NCBI GenBank assembly: GCA_002269645.1
Contig: NIVC01001626.1
Location: 1-64,000 of the forward strand
Length of the DNA stretch: 64,000 bases
Reading direction: 5' to 3'
From: Macrostomum lignano
Taxonomy: Eukaryota
Part shown: positions 1 through 12,444 of the stretch, piece after piece
Position numbering within the stretch: position 1 is the first letter of the stretch
Layout of the letters: each line of letters starts with the position of its first letter
Program-made: the position numbers and the translations under genes
Notes under the pieces: generated by a model
Databases searched by the model: none
What the model saw: the letters and a program-made list of their open reading frames with translations, nothing else
What the model was told of the DNA's origin: nothing

Positions 1-1
1 G

Positions 2-1030
2 GCGGTGACCGGCCTGCCGCACCCGGAGGTCATCGCGCTGATCCTGCGCGACCCGCGCCTTCAGCTGCGCGCCACTCCGCTGTCCTCGACGCCCATCCGA
101 GCGGACGGCCGGCCCCGGGGCAAGCAGCACGGGCCGCATGTGCGCAGGCCGCAGATCCAGCAGCACCTGCAGCAGCAGCACCAGCGCCGGGTCAGCGGCC
201 AGCAGCAGTCGGCGAGCACCGCCTCCTCCGCCGCCGCTGCCACCGCAGCCGCCGCGCACGCAGCCGCAGCCGCCCCAGTCCGCTACCGGGTTCTTCGAGG
301 TGCCGCCGACTGCGGCGGGGCCGGCGTTGGCGCCGGCGGAGGCAGCGTGGCCAGCAGGCCGCAGTCTCTGTCCGCTGCCATCGGCCTGGGGCCCCCGCAC
401 CAGCTGCACCACCAGCCGCTGTCTCCCGCGGCAGTTGCCGTCGCTTCCACCGCTGCCGCGACTTCGCTGGCAGCGCCGGCGCCGCCGCGCGCCCGAGCCG
501 CTTCCTCATCTTCGTCGTCTTCGTGCAGCGGCGGCGCCAGCGGCGGTGTCGGCAGCGGCGGCGGTGGCCGGGCGCCGAGTCCCAGGCGGAAGTCGCTGCA
601 CGGCGCCGTGGGCCCCAGCCCGCTGGCTCGGAGTCCCGGCCAGCAGCAGCTGCCGCCTCCGCCCCCGCTGCCACCTCAACAGCCGCCGCTCCCTGCGGCG
701 CCTTCGCAGCAGCCGCAGCCGCCAGCAGCAACCGCCGCCGCAGCAGCAACCGCCGCCGCCGCAGCTCCAGTCGCCCTCCGGCGGTGTCGGCGGCTCCTCT
801 GGCAGCCGTCGGCCGCTGCGTGGGCGGCACAACACCAGCGGCTGCGACGGCGGCCAAGGAGGTCCCGGCAGATTTTGAAGGCCCCAGCTGATATTTTAAT
901 TGTTGCCAGTAACTTATTGACAGTTTCTGTTGTTTATGCTTTCAGTGCCCTCACCTTGGGGGCTACTTGCCCAGTGCTGCTCTGTGGCTGCATTGGAGGA
1001 TTCTTCAGGTATTTCCTGTGCCCTTCCTGA
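2..1030 (+). CDS. MAST: 3' part of a MAST-family Ser/Thr kinase (end of PDZ domain plus low-complexity tail); gene starts upstream of the window, true stop uncertain (878, 891 or 1030)
   Basis: VTGLPHPEVIALILRDPRLQLRATPLSSTPIR resembles the MAST PDZ end (V.GL.H.EV..LIL......TPL..T.I). SPRRKS...PSPLARSP resembles the MAST post-PDZ motif. After about 760 the frame ending at 878 looks more coding-like, so an indel is possible. Confidence 0.65.
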   Translation, partial: AVTGLPHPEVIALILRDPRLQLRATPLSSTPIRADGRPRGKQHGPHVRRPQIQQHLQQQHQRRVSGQQQSASTASSAAAATAAAAHAAAAAPVRYRVLRGAADCGGAGVGAGGGSVASRPQSLSAAIGLGPPHQLHHQPLSPAAVAVASTAAATSLAAPAPPRARAASSSSSSSCSGGASGGVGSGGGGRAPSPRRKSLHGAVGPSPLARSPGQQQLPPPPPLPPQQPPLPAAPSQQPQPPAATAAAAATAAAAAPVALRRCRRLLWQPSAAAWAAQHQRLRRRPRRSRQILKAPADILIVASNLLTVSVVYAFSALTLGATCPVLLCGCIGGFFRYFLCPS

Positions 1031-1310
1031 GCCTTCAGGTATTTCCTGTGCCCTCCCTGAGCCTTCAGATATCTCCTGTGCCCTCCCTGAACCTTCAGGT
1101 ACTCCTGTGCCCTCCCTGAACCTTCAGATATCTTCTGTGCCCTCCCTTGGGCTTCAGATATCTCCTGTCGCCTTCCTGAGCCTTCAGATATCTCCTGTGC
1201 CCTCCCTGAGCCTTCAGATATCTCCTGTGCCCTCCCTGAGCCTTCAGATATCTCCTGTGCCCTCCCTGAGCCTTCATGTATCTCCTGTGCCCTCCCTGAA
1301 CCTTCATATC
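1003..1310 (+). repeat. 30-bp minisatellite (CCTTCAGATATCTCCTGTGCCCTCCCTGAG), about 10 copies
   Basis: Visible tandem units; the first units read CAG|GTATTT. Confidence 0.9.
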
Positions 1311-2949
1311 CGCCAGCGTCCATCGGTGGGCAGCCGGCACTCCGATCTGCAGTTGAAGCCGGAGTGACACTGGGCGGCTGTACATGATTTATTATTTATT
1401 ATTTTCGTCATTATTACTATTTATCATTTGCCACAATCGCTAAAACTGGCGTCATAGTTTCCACTTTGCTTCATCGCTATGTGAAGCTGCAGTTCTGCAT
1501 ATTCGTACTGCACACAGAACCCTCTTTATTTTTGTCGGAAAGATCTATTTTTGCTTTTTTGCTTGCCTGTCTGCCTGTCTGGCGGCCTGTCTATTCAGCA
1601 AATCCCCCTTTCAGATGCAATGCAATTTCACTGTGAATTACTGTTGCAGTTATATAATTGAATTTATTGCTAATATTGGCTGCACCTGCCCATCAATATT
1701 ATTATTATTATTATTATTGCTACTGTAGTAATTCCCGCACCGTTACAGATGTCACTCCTTGTACAGCCCCGCTTTCAAAGCCAGCTGCTCATGCCGCATC
1801 GCCCATCTCACTTCCCCTGCTCAGCATCTCATGCTGCTGCTGCCAGCTCTGCCCTCAGCTCTGCCGCCTGCTCGCGCCCTCCTCTACCTCACCCCACCTC
1901 ACTCCATCTCCATCTCAATCTTCCTCTCCCTCTTTATCTACATCTCCATTTCAATCTCCATCTTAATCTCAGTCTCCATCTCCCTCTAATTCTCAATATC
2001 CTCCAAATCAATCTCAATCTCCCTCTCAATCTCAATCTCAATCTCAATCTCCTCTCTCAACACCGCCTGTGCAGAGCGGCAGCGCAGTTGGCAGAGGCCG
2101 GGCGAGCTGCTGCGCTGTTTATTATTATTAATTGCATTCTGTGTACCTGGAACTCAATTCTAAATTGCAGTTTTATCCGCTACTGATCTGCATTGCGCAC
2201 CCCGGCCAGTTGGATTTCTGTATTCAGTATCCCCTCTGGCCCTCTCGTGCGATGTTGTGAGCCCTGCACAGCTTGCTTGACTCCGGCTTCAATTCCCAAC
2301 TGTATGGATCCGAGTGTTTAACTGCCTCCCCGCCCCCGCACCCGCCGGCTCCACACAGCTTATCTACAGCTTATCTACTGGATAGAAAATAAACCACACA
2401 GCTCCCTCAGTTTAGAATGCTTTTTTTATTCGACTGTTTAATTTATCTGGTTTTATGCGCTTGAAACCGCTTTCTGACGCTTTTGCCGCTTTTCCGCCTT
2501 GGGTTTACTTTTATTCCTACTTTAAGTAGGCAAAAACGAAAAAACATGCGAAAGTTTTAAGAAAGAAATTAAAAGCATTAATTCCTAACTCATTTGGTTA
2601 TCTGGGAAGGAGGGAAGCTGGTGCTGGAACGGTGATGGACTATATATGTTGTCACTGATCTCTTCGATGCTTACCGAAGGGAGATGCCTAACATCAGGAA
2701 GGATCGCCACATGTGTAGGCAGCGCCTACTATCGTGTGTGTGTTGGGGGGTTGTTAGCGGCTGCGCCGCGTGACTCTGCTAGCTCAACCCTTATGCGTAC
2801 AATATCAAATGTGCATGGTGCGACTTTAGCCACCATTCTGACTCAGCTCAATAATTCAATAAATATACTACTGATCGCAATTATTCTCGCCTGCAAGCTT
2901 TCGGCAACTATCGACTACAACAAGCAGTCTAGCCTCGTTTCACTCACTA

Positions 2950-3600
2950 CAACATGGACCAGCAATCTTGAAATCGGAGTTCAGATTTGCCATCAGCGGG
3001 ATGAAATCCCTCAAAGCCCCCGGGATTTACGGAATTGCAATGGAACGAATTAATGAACTACAACCGAAAGGTCTGATACATGTACATGCAAGTGCTCATA
3101 GAGGGTTTTAAGTAGTGACGTGAGCAAAACACAGATTGCGTCTGTAGTTCAAATCGGCGGTGACCTCTCCTGATTTATTCAACCCTTACATATACATGTA
3201 CAGTGAAAACATTCTGCGAGAATCTGAAGACCTGCCGGGACTCGTCAGGTCGACGTCACAACTTTGAACGACCTGAGATTACATGCATGTAATGCTGACG
3301 ACATGCAGAAATGGAAACGGAATTTAATAAGTTGCAAGAAATTCTTAAACTGAGTGGTATTGGAAAGTGAAAGATGGGTTTAAGAATAATATACATTAAT
3401 TTTTGCAAGCCTGAAATTCCTGATAATGGAAAGTCAAGAATTATTTACTGTTAACATGTATATCTACGTATTTTTCTCCCTATTCTGATCACACACTGGT
3501 CGGAGTGCTGGACATGTTCATTTAATATCACCAGCTATGCAGAGAAGAATCAATCGCAAACGAGGTTCATGGTTTTTGAGGCGCATCTTGATTGAAGATT
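2950..3600 (+). mobile_element. Decayed RTE-clade LINE reverse transcriptase fragment
   Basis: Broken frames give PAILKSEFRFAISGMKSLKAPGIYGIAMERI (~2965-3055), SPDLFNPY..SENILRESEDLPG (~3167-3240), LNDLR..ADD (~3265-3302), KMGLRI, SECWT and RRIN...WFLRRIL (~3500-3590). These are RTE RT motifs in the expected order, with stops and indels. Confidence 0.8.
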
Positions 3601-3783
3601 GAAGGAAGAAGAGATCGTGGAAGACGGCAGAGAGAGTAACATTTCTGAAGAACCTTCTAATAACTGGGATATACATCCTCATATACAGATTTATACGTAT
3701 GCATTACATTGAAGTTTGTACAAATAATTGGTTGCATTTAGATTTCATTCAAATGACTTTAATTTTTAGGATATAGGATTGGT

Positions 3784-3799
3784 GGTTCTGAAAAGGGCC
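3784..3799 (-). terminator. Degenerate histone 3' stem-loop (orphan)
   Basis: Minus strand TAAAAC-GGCCCT-TTTC-AGAACC-ACCA; two C.A mismatches in the stem. Confidence 0.6.
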
Positions 3800-4112
3800 G
3801 TTTTAACGTTTGTAATGAATGCAAGAAAAGAAATAGGAAGTGACCAAAGGAAGCAAATGCAAAAATGGTCATTGTTTCTTACACTGCAGTGTAAAGTGAC
3901 TGTCCGCTAGTCGCAAGAATCAGAAAGGGGTAAGTTTTTTTTAGTTGGTTGGTATAGTATACTACTACAGTACGTTACTAATATTTAATTCTTAAGACCT
4001 TTAAATGTATCAGAAAAGAGAATTTATTAAGTCGCGAAGGCAACAACGTACAAATGAAAGCTAGAATGATTGTCTAGCAGAATTTTTCAACACGCAGTGG
4101 CATCTATTTAGC

Positions 4113-4128
4113 TGCCCTTAAAAGGGCC
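4113..4128 (-). terminator. Degenerate histone 3' stem-loop (orphan)
   Basis: Minus strand TAAAAC-GGCCCT-TTTA-AGGGCA; basal pair mismatched. Confidence 0.6.
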
Positions 4129-4610
4129 GTTTTAACTTTATACTACACTATAGAGTCGGTAGAAATTTCTACACAAGAAATTCTTTTGCAACTAGTGGAT
4201 TGAATTAACAACTGTATTCGAATGCAAGATGTGCGCATTATTGAAATCAAAACTATCACGGTTTAAATTGTCAGAAGTTAGTGTGTATTTATTTTAATCG
4301 TTACATATATCATACAGTAATCATTCATGTACAGTGATCAACGCTTGATTTGAAAATTTAAAGTTAAATCAATTTTTTTGCTGATCTTATTTTTTTAAAT
4401 TTTGACGATGCTTTAACGAGGATAGAAACGGACCGACCGGCCAGTGCATACAACTGCAATAACTACTACCTGCCTGCATACCTTTCTGCTGATAGTGATA
4501 AGACCCTAATATTCACCATGCACATCCTTAAGACTTAGTTAAAGGTTTAATCGAAGTCTGTATTCTGTACACACAATTACACAAATAGACGACTTGGACA
4601 TCAATAAATT

Positions 4611-4636
4611 TGGTGGCCCTGAAAAGGGCCGTTTTA
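4611..4636 (-). terminator. Histone mRNA 3' stem-loop of the H4 gene
   Basis: Minus strand AAAAC-GGCCCT-TTTC-AGGGCC-ACCA, about 65 nt after the H4 stop; matches the SLBP consensus. Confidence 0.95.
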
Positions 4637-4699
4637 GCGTTCAGTAAATGCGCAGCTGAGCTACGATAGCAGCACTAGGGCTAATCAGGCGAAGTCTGC

Positions 4700-5026
<327 letters not shown>

Positions 5027-6615
5027 TTACTTTGAACTACGAGATTGCTACAGACAGTAGTATGAATGGTCTCAGATTGGGGCAAAGCTTTCGGCTTTAA
5101 GTAAAAATGTACACCCTCTGAGGGGTGGGGTGTCTCCTCGTTGGTCAGAAATTATCGATCGTGAAGTTTTTCTGGGTTGGCGCTGGAAGGGGCAGGAATA
5201 TATAACCCAAATCCATTTCAAGCCATTCTGGCCAATGCGGGAAAGAATTTTAGTGAGTTTTTACGTTATATGTGCATTAAAGTAGCACCCTAAAAGTATA
5301 GCAATCTTTAAGGCTTCTGTACGAAATTTGCACTGACAGACAATAAAACAAGTGCGCTCTTTGCACTATCAAATGGGGTTGGTGAAGTTATACTTAGACC
5401 TTCAGTTTTTTGCTCGCGTATTGCTCATGCATGTACTATTGGAAAAAGTGGGCATGGGCATATCTAGCAGCTGATCGTAATTTACTAGTGTTTGTTCTTT
5501 TTTTGAAACAAATTGCGTTATTGGGTTATTCTTAGCTAGGCTGCACTCAGTGAATTATTGAAAAGTGATTAATTAAATGCACTACAAAGTAAAACAAGCA
5601 CAGCATGTATGCAGGTATTAAATTAAAAAGATTCCAATTGAATGCAGCGGTCTCAATAGGTAATTAATACAATCTTTCAAGGACTACTAGAAGTTTTGGG
5701 CGGCGGCGGTGAGGAGCCTTTTTGAAAAGGGGCGCCATCATCGCCAGCCACAAAGGTGGAGGGCGACAAGGGCGGTAGCAGCAACTGTCGCAGCAGCAAT
5801 GAAAACGTGTTTAAAATAACGCAGTTATATGCAGTTAAAAAGAATAAACAGAGTTCCAGTTTGCTTTCTGTGAATTATTTAAATGGCAAAAATTAAGTTA
5901 CGATTTGTATTTCTTAATATTTCTTTCTCCCGGGGTCTCCCACTCGCCGGTCAGTTCCCCAGGGGGAGCATTCCCTAGCTGACAACGCTATCTATAATTT
6001 TGAGGTGGTAGTGAATTAAATTACTACCAACCAAGAAAATAGTTTTGTGCATGCATGTTTATATTTACTTTTATTAAAACTAGGTTAATAACTAAAGTGA
6101 ACCAATGTATATACTGTAGTAGTAGCAAATAGTTTCATAACTATAGGATGCTATCTGATGATGAACAAGCTCAGCTATAGTCTTGCAGGCAGTTGTCTCA
6201 GCAGGCAGTTGTTGCGCACTAACCAATGAAACCATTAAACCAATTAAAACCAATTAATTAACCAATGAAATATGTAACACGAAAATGAACCATTTTACAT
6301 TTTTACATGTACATGAACATGAACAGCAAGGCTTTTGATCGCCACCCGACTGCGTCAGTTTAATTAATGATCTTGATCAGACGTCGAAGTGGGCCGCCGG
6401 TTTCAGTTGCTGCAAAAGTGAACGTCTGATTATGAAAGTGATAATTATAATTGGAACAGTAAAATTTTCTCTGAAATCACAAATCAAATTTGTATAGGCG
6501 CCCATTAAGCGATATGCGACAATTTTAGTTGATTTGAAAAAAATATTACAAGCAAGCAACGGGGTGGAAAAACCTTGGGGGTTGCATGCTATTTACAGGA
6601 ACGAGCACTTTATGT

Positions 6616-6631
6616 GGCCCTCAAAAGGGCC
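6616..6631 (-). terminator. Intact histone-type 3' stem-loop with no histone ORF upstream
   Basis: Minus strand TAAAAC-GGCCCT-TTTG-AGGGCC-ACAT; perfect 6-bp stem. Confidence 0.7.
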
Positions 6632-7141
6632 GTTTTAGTAAAATATATCATTTCAGTAGACTTTTTCTGATAAACTGCCACTTCTAATGCACCCTTTCGG
6701 TCAGATTCGTGACACAGATTTTAATTCTCTATTTATTAGCATTTGCTGATTTTTTTTATATTTTAATAAAAATTGTACTTATCCAATTCTGAAAATAAAG
6801 AGTAGGGGCAAAGGCAACTAGCCAACTGTTCCTAAGTAATACAAAAAACGTATTGCAGACAAAATATATACAGAACGTCTCAGTCTTGCTTTTTTAAATT
6901 ATGAAAATTATTGGTTCTTTTGTTTTGTTGAACTTTGTTATTTTAGACGCAAATCTAAAAATTCAGTTTGCTTCTGAAAGACGATTTAATATTCGTTTTA
7001 TTTCTAATTCACATTCACCATTTTCCATTCCTTGAGCACTTATCCATGCAATAACATGAAATGAAAATTAATTGATTAATCAGTTTTTATTGCTTTAATT
7101 AGCCTAGTAAGCTCGGCTGACAAGAATTCGTATATTTTAAT

Positions 7142-10100
7142 ATGAAGAATCATTTTATTATTGCTACTTTTATTTCAATTTCATTGTCTATCTCGATTGG
7201 ACAATGTGTGAGTATCTTAATTCTAAGGTTTTTACTCGGAAATTAGAATACCAGATTTTAGACTAGTATTATTTCTTTCTAACCCTTGTTATATAGTTTC
7301 ATAATCTAATAATATCTTATAATCTTAAAACCCTGTGCGTTTTCAAACAGTTAATCAGCTGATGAAGCTGAAAGTAGATGATGAATTTGTATAGCCATAG
7401 GCCTCTATTATGTTAAAAAGATATCTGACCCTAGACTAAGCAAAAAATGAATTAGGATTTATGTAACTGGTCATATATTCCAATCCTTATATCCAACTTT
7501 ATATAAAATTGTAGACATTTTCACCATCAAACACCTGGGCTGTTCTGGTGGACACATCTAGGTTCTGGTTCAACTATCGGCATGTTGGAAATGTGCTTTC
7601 AATCTATCATAGCATCAAAAGACTTGGCATGCCTGATAGGTAAGTTTTAATTAATTATATTTTGTTTTATTGCCTATATGAAAACTACCAATGTATTAGT
7701 TTCCTTCATTAAATTATTTTAACTTTGGATTTTTAACATATATGATCTAAAACAAGTTTTTTAAAGCATACTTAAGGTCTGCTAATTCACTGCTGCCAGT
7801 TATTTAGAAGTAGCCTAGCTAGCTAGCATATATTTCTTAGGATATACATTTTGACTAGGCCTAATATAGTTGGCAAGTATATAGTCATTATATTTATAGT
7901 GCACTTCCTAATCCTAACTATAGATATATTTCTTTCACTGTCTGTATTTTGTTGATCCAAACAATCCAATTCAAGAGTACAAGTGAAGACTTGAAATTCT
8001 ATAGCTAAAATTATACAATTTTTTTAACTCCTTTCTTAGCAAGTTTCTTTGTTGCCAACTTAATCCACAAAAGTGCTTTGGCAACTTCCTATATTGGATA
8101 ACCTATTATTATGCTAGGTCACCCAGTATAGGATCCTTGTTCCCAGATCCCAGATTTCTAGCTTTATCATCAAGATCCCAGATAGTAATAGATCCAAATA
8201 TTCGGATTCAGAAATATTATTTTCCAAATTTCTAAATGTGCTTCTGAATATGAAAAAATTGAAAAACCAAAACAAAACTATGCTAACATAAAAGAAATAC
8301 AACTTTTGAAAAGAAAGTCAATTAGAAAAATAATAATGCAAAATTTAATGTAATATTGTTTGTTTTTACAATCATCTGTTTTTGTAGTAACATATATTAT
8401 TAAAAGTGTTAATAAGTAAAGTTATTTAACTTTGGGACCTTTGAGGCATTCAACCTAAAGTCGCAGAAACATTTAATTGCAGTAATCATTGTTTAAGTTT
8501 AATCATCATTTTTTTTCAAAATGCAAATGCAACAGACTTTATGGTTCACTATACACGGTAAAGTTATCAAATTGCACAAATGTAATGTCAGTTAGTATTA
8601 GTAATTAGAATTAGTTAGATTAGATATATAAGAATTGAGTTCAATTCTAAGTTTAATTCAATTCAGATACTAGATAGATATAGTATAAGCTTGAGATTAG
8701 ATTGAATCTTGTTAGTAAATTAATGTACAGAATTAATACGTCGTACAATTACTACTGCAGATGACGATTACATCAGTAGATGACGAGGCATTTTTGTCAT
8801 AGAAAGGTGTCAATGTTTACCTTTTACTTTTATCTACTTTCGGAAACACATTTGGATATTTGGATTCGGATTAGGAATTTTTTGTACATTCGGATTCAGT
8901 TTTGGAACCTTGCAAAAATCTACATTCGGTCTATCACTAATCCCAGATCTCTAGTTTTATCTCCCAGATCCCAGATCCTTAGCTTCATCACCTAGATCTC
9001 AGATCTCTAGCTTCATCACCCAGATCCCAGATCTCTAGCTTTATCATCTAGATCCTAGATCTCTAGCTTTATCACACAGATCTGAGATTCCTAGCTTTAT
9101 TACCTAGCTTCCAGATCCCTAGCTTCATCACCCAGATCTCAGATCCCTAACTTCATCACCCAGATCTCAGATCCCTAACTTCATCACCCAGATCCCAGTT
9201 CCCTAACTTCATCACCCAGATCCCAGTTCCCTAGCTTCACAAAATCCAGAGCTTCACGCCCCCAGATCCCTAGCAGCACCCGCCCCATCCCGCAGCCACA
9301 TCATCCTGATGATCGCTGACGAGATGGCCTGCAACGCTCGCAACCCTCGCCCGGCCACCATCTTCGACAACGCGGCGGAGAAGACCAACCTGTACGGCGA
9401 CACCGTGGAAGTCGACTACGGCGGCTACGAGGTCACAGTTGAGAACTTCATCCGGCTGCTCACAGGCCGCCACGTGCCCGGCACGGCTCCGAGCAAGCGG
9501 CTGCTCACCGATGACCAGTCCAACATCCTCATCTACATCACCGGCCATGGCGGCGACGGCTTCGTCAAGTTCCAGGATAACGAGGAGGTTTCCTCCCAGG
9601 TGAGCCGCTTATGGACCCGCCTGTGTTACCAGCTTCCCCTCCTGTGTTACCAGCTCCCCGGCCCGCAGAATCCCCATAGCAACCAACCAGTCCACTCCAA
9701 CCGCCGCAGGAGCTCGCCGACGCATTCGAGCAGATGTGGCAGAAGCGGCGCTACCGGGAGATCCTGTTCATTGTGGACAGCTGCCAGGCCTACTCCATGG
9801 CGCTGCCCGTGTACTCGCCCAACATCCTGGCGCTCGGCAGCAGCCGGGTAGGCGAGGACTCGCTGTCTCACCACGTGGATCCCAAACTGGGAGTCTACGT
9901 GGCCGACCGGTACTCCTACTACCTGCTGCAGTTCCTGGAGAAGGTGGGGCCCACCAGCCGGCACACCCTCGCCGATTTTCTCGGGGTGTGCCCCTACCAC
10001 GAGTGCCTGTCCCACGTGACCGCCAAGCTGGACCTGTACAACCGGGACCCCGCCCAGGTGTCCGTGCTGGAGTTCTTCGGGTCCCGGCGTAGCGTGGAAA

Positions 10101-10228
10101 TTCTGGACGATGCCGCCAACTTCACCGCCGCTCCCGACGTCTCAGCGGCTGCCGATGCTGCCTACGCCTCCGCCTCGACTGCCAGCCACCCCGTGTACCT
10201 GGCGTACAAGCCGCTGTTTCCCTTCTGA
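7142..10228 (+). CDS. PIGK: GPI-anchor transamidase catalytic subunit PIG-K/GPI8; exons 7142-7207, 7515-7639, 9296-9599, 9710-10228
   Basis: Exon 1 encodes a signal peptide (MKNHFIIATFISISLSISIGQC). Exon 2 reads NTWAVLVDTSRFWFNYRHVGNVLSIYHSIKRLGMPD. Exons 3-4 carry the catalytic GHG and DSCQA motifs and ELADAFEQMWQKRRY. All three introns are GT-AG and phase-compatible. Confidence 0.96.
8940..9275 (+). repeat. Degenerate ~28-bp minisatellite (CCCAGATCTCAGATCCCTAGCTTCATCA) in PIGK intron 2
   Basis: Visible tandem units; a related segment lies at ~8130-8185. Confidence 0.85.
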
Positions 10229-10230
10229 TG

Positions 10231-11742
10231 CTGACTCACCTGAGTTCCTTTCCTGACTCACCTGAGTTCCTTTCCTGACTCACCTGAGTTCCTTTCCTGA
10301 CTCACCTGAGTTCCTTTCCTGACTCACCTGAGTTCCTTTCCTGACTCACCTGTGTTCCTTTCCTGACTCACCTGAGTTCCTTTCCTGACTCACCTGAGTT
10401 CCTTTCCTGACTCATCTGTGTTCCTTTCCTGACTCACCTGAGTTCCTTTCCTTACTCACCTGAGTTCCTTTCCTGACTCACCTGAGTTCCTTTCCTGACT
10501 CACCTGAGTTCCTTTCCTGACTCACCTGAGTTCCTTTCCTGACTCACCTGAGGTTCTTTCCTGACTCACCTGAGGTACTTCCCTGACTCACCTGAGGTAC
10601 TTCCCTGGCTCACCTGGGTTCCTTTCCTGACTCACCTGAGTTCCTTTCCTGACTCACCTGAGGTTCTTTCCTGACTCACCTGAGTTCCTTTCCTGACTCA
10701 CCTGAGTTCCTTTCCTGACTCACCTGAGGTACTTCCCTGACTCACCTGTGTTCCTTTCCTGACTCACCTGAGTTCCTTTCCTGACTCACCTGAGTTCCTT
10801 TCCTGACTCACCTGAGTTCCTTTCCTGACTCACCTGTGTTCCTTTCCTGACTCACCTGAGTTCCTTTCCTGACTCACCTGAGTTCCTTTCCTGACTCACC
10901 TGAGGTTCTTTCCTGACTCACCTGAGTTCCTTTCCTGACTCACCTGAGTTCCTTTCCTGACTCACCTGAGGTACTTCCCTGACTCACCTGTGTTCCTTTC
11001 CTGACTCACCTGAGTTCCTTTCCTGACTCACCTGAGTTCCTTTCCTGACTCACCTGAGTTCCTTTCCTGACTCACCTGTGTTCCTTTCCTGACTCACCTG
11101 AGTTCCTTTCCTGACTCACCTGAGTTCCTTTCCTGACTCACCTGAGGTTCTTTCCTGACTCACCTGAGTTCCTTTCCTGACTCACCTGAGTTCCTTTCCT
11201 GACTCACCTGAGGTTCTTTCCTGACTCACCTGAGTTCCTTTCCTGACTCACCTGAGTTCCTTTCCTGACTCACCTGAGGTACTTCCCTGACTCACCTGAG
11301 TTCCTTTCCTGACTCACCTGAGTTCCTTTCCTGACTCACCTGAGGTTCTTTCCTGACTCACCTGAGTTCCTTTCCTGACTCACCTGAGTTCCTTTCCTGA
11401 CTCACCTGAGTTCCTTTCCTGACTCACCTGAGTTCCTTTCCTGACTCACCTGAGGTTCTTTCCTGACTCACCTGAGTTCCTTTCCTGACTCACCTGAGTT
11501 CCTTTCCTGACTCACCTGAGGTTCTTTCCTGACTCACCTGAGTTCCTTTCCTGACTCACCTGAGTTCCTTTCCTGACTCACCTGAGGTACTTCCCTGACT
11601 CACCTGAGTTCCTTTCCTGACTCACCTGAGTTCCTTTCCTGACTCACCTGAGGTTCTTTCCTGACTCACCTGAGTTCCTTTCCTGACTCACCTGAGTTCC
11701 TTTCCTGACTCACCTGAGTTCCTTTCCTGACTCACCTGTGTT
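10231..11742 (+). repeat. 22-bp minisatellite (CTGACTCACCTGAGTTCCTTTC), about 68 copies, starting 2 nt after the PIGK stop
   Basis: Near-identical tandem units with a few recurring variants. Confidence 0.97.
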
Positions 11743-12444
11743 CAGATCCGTCCCACTCCCAACTTTGTGGTCCGGCGCCGATCTGTCAGCTAAGAAAAGT
11801 TTTTGATTCAATTTCAACGCAGTGTTTGTCGCCTCTGCTTGACCAGAGCAGCATTGAGTTTGCCACATCTGCTAGTCTTTGTGGCCGGTTGTATAGTAGT
11901 TTGTTTTATAGTTTATCTGTTTATTTATTTATTCTTTCTCACAAAGCGTAGCAATTTGCTTATCACACTACTGTTACTTACTAATAAGTAGTAAATAAAT
12001 ACCTTTTGCTTGTTTTTTATTTAGCAAGTACTTTAAATTTCCTGCCGTTTCTAATTCGAATGCGGGCATCTTTTGCTCCATGTTCTGCTGTGAGCCCACC
12101 AGCCCAGTCTGTGGCGGTTGTAAATTAGATCGGAGAAATTTTTGGCCATTAAATTCTGACTAAGCTGTCGAGTTTGCATATTCTGTTAAACTGCCTTAGA
12201 GAGCTGGGCTTGTTGAGTTGTAAAATATGCAGTTGATTTTTTTAGCTGTTTCTTTAATATACGAGTGCCATGGTGCCAAGCCTGCTGCTGTTTATGCTAA
12301 GTAGGCCGCATATGAATTAGCATACATGTAATTCTGAATAATTTGCATCTCCACTCATTGGGAAATTGGACCAATGCAGTTCTGGCGAGCGGTATCGCAT
12401 TTCTCGGAATCCAAATCCCGATCTCGTTGAACTCAACCCTACTT

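Noticed and set aside
2646-3053. 135-aa ORF in the track
   Set aside because: An alternative frame over a decayed RTE fragment; the RT motifs are in another frame
5713-5735. Possible fifth histone stem-loop (CCTTTTTGAAAAGG)
   Set aside because: Lacks the 6-bp GGYYYT/ARRRCC stem and the AAAAC/ACCA flanks
10231-11742. CRISPR-like appearance of regular repeats
   Set aside because: Units are head-to-tail with no unique spacers, the context is eukaryotic and there are no cas genes; the same applies to all other arrays
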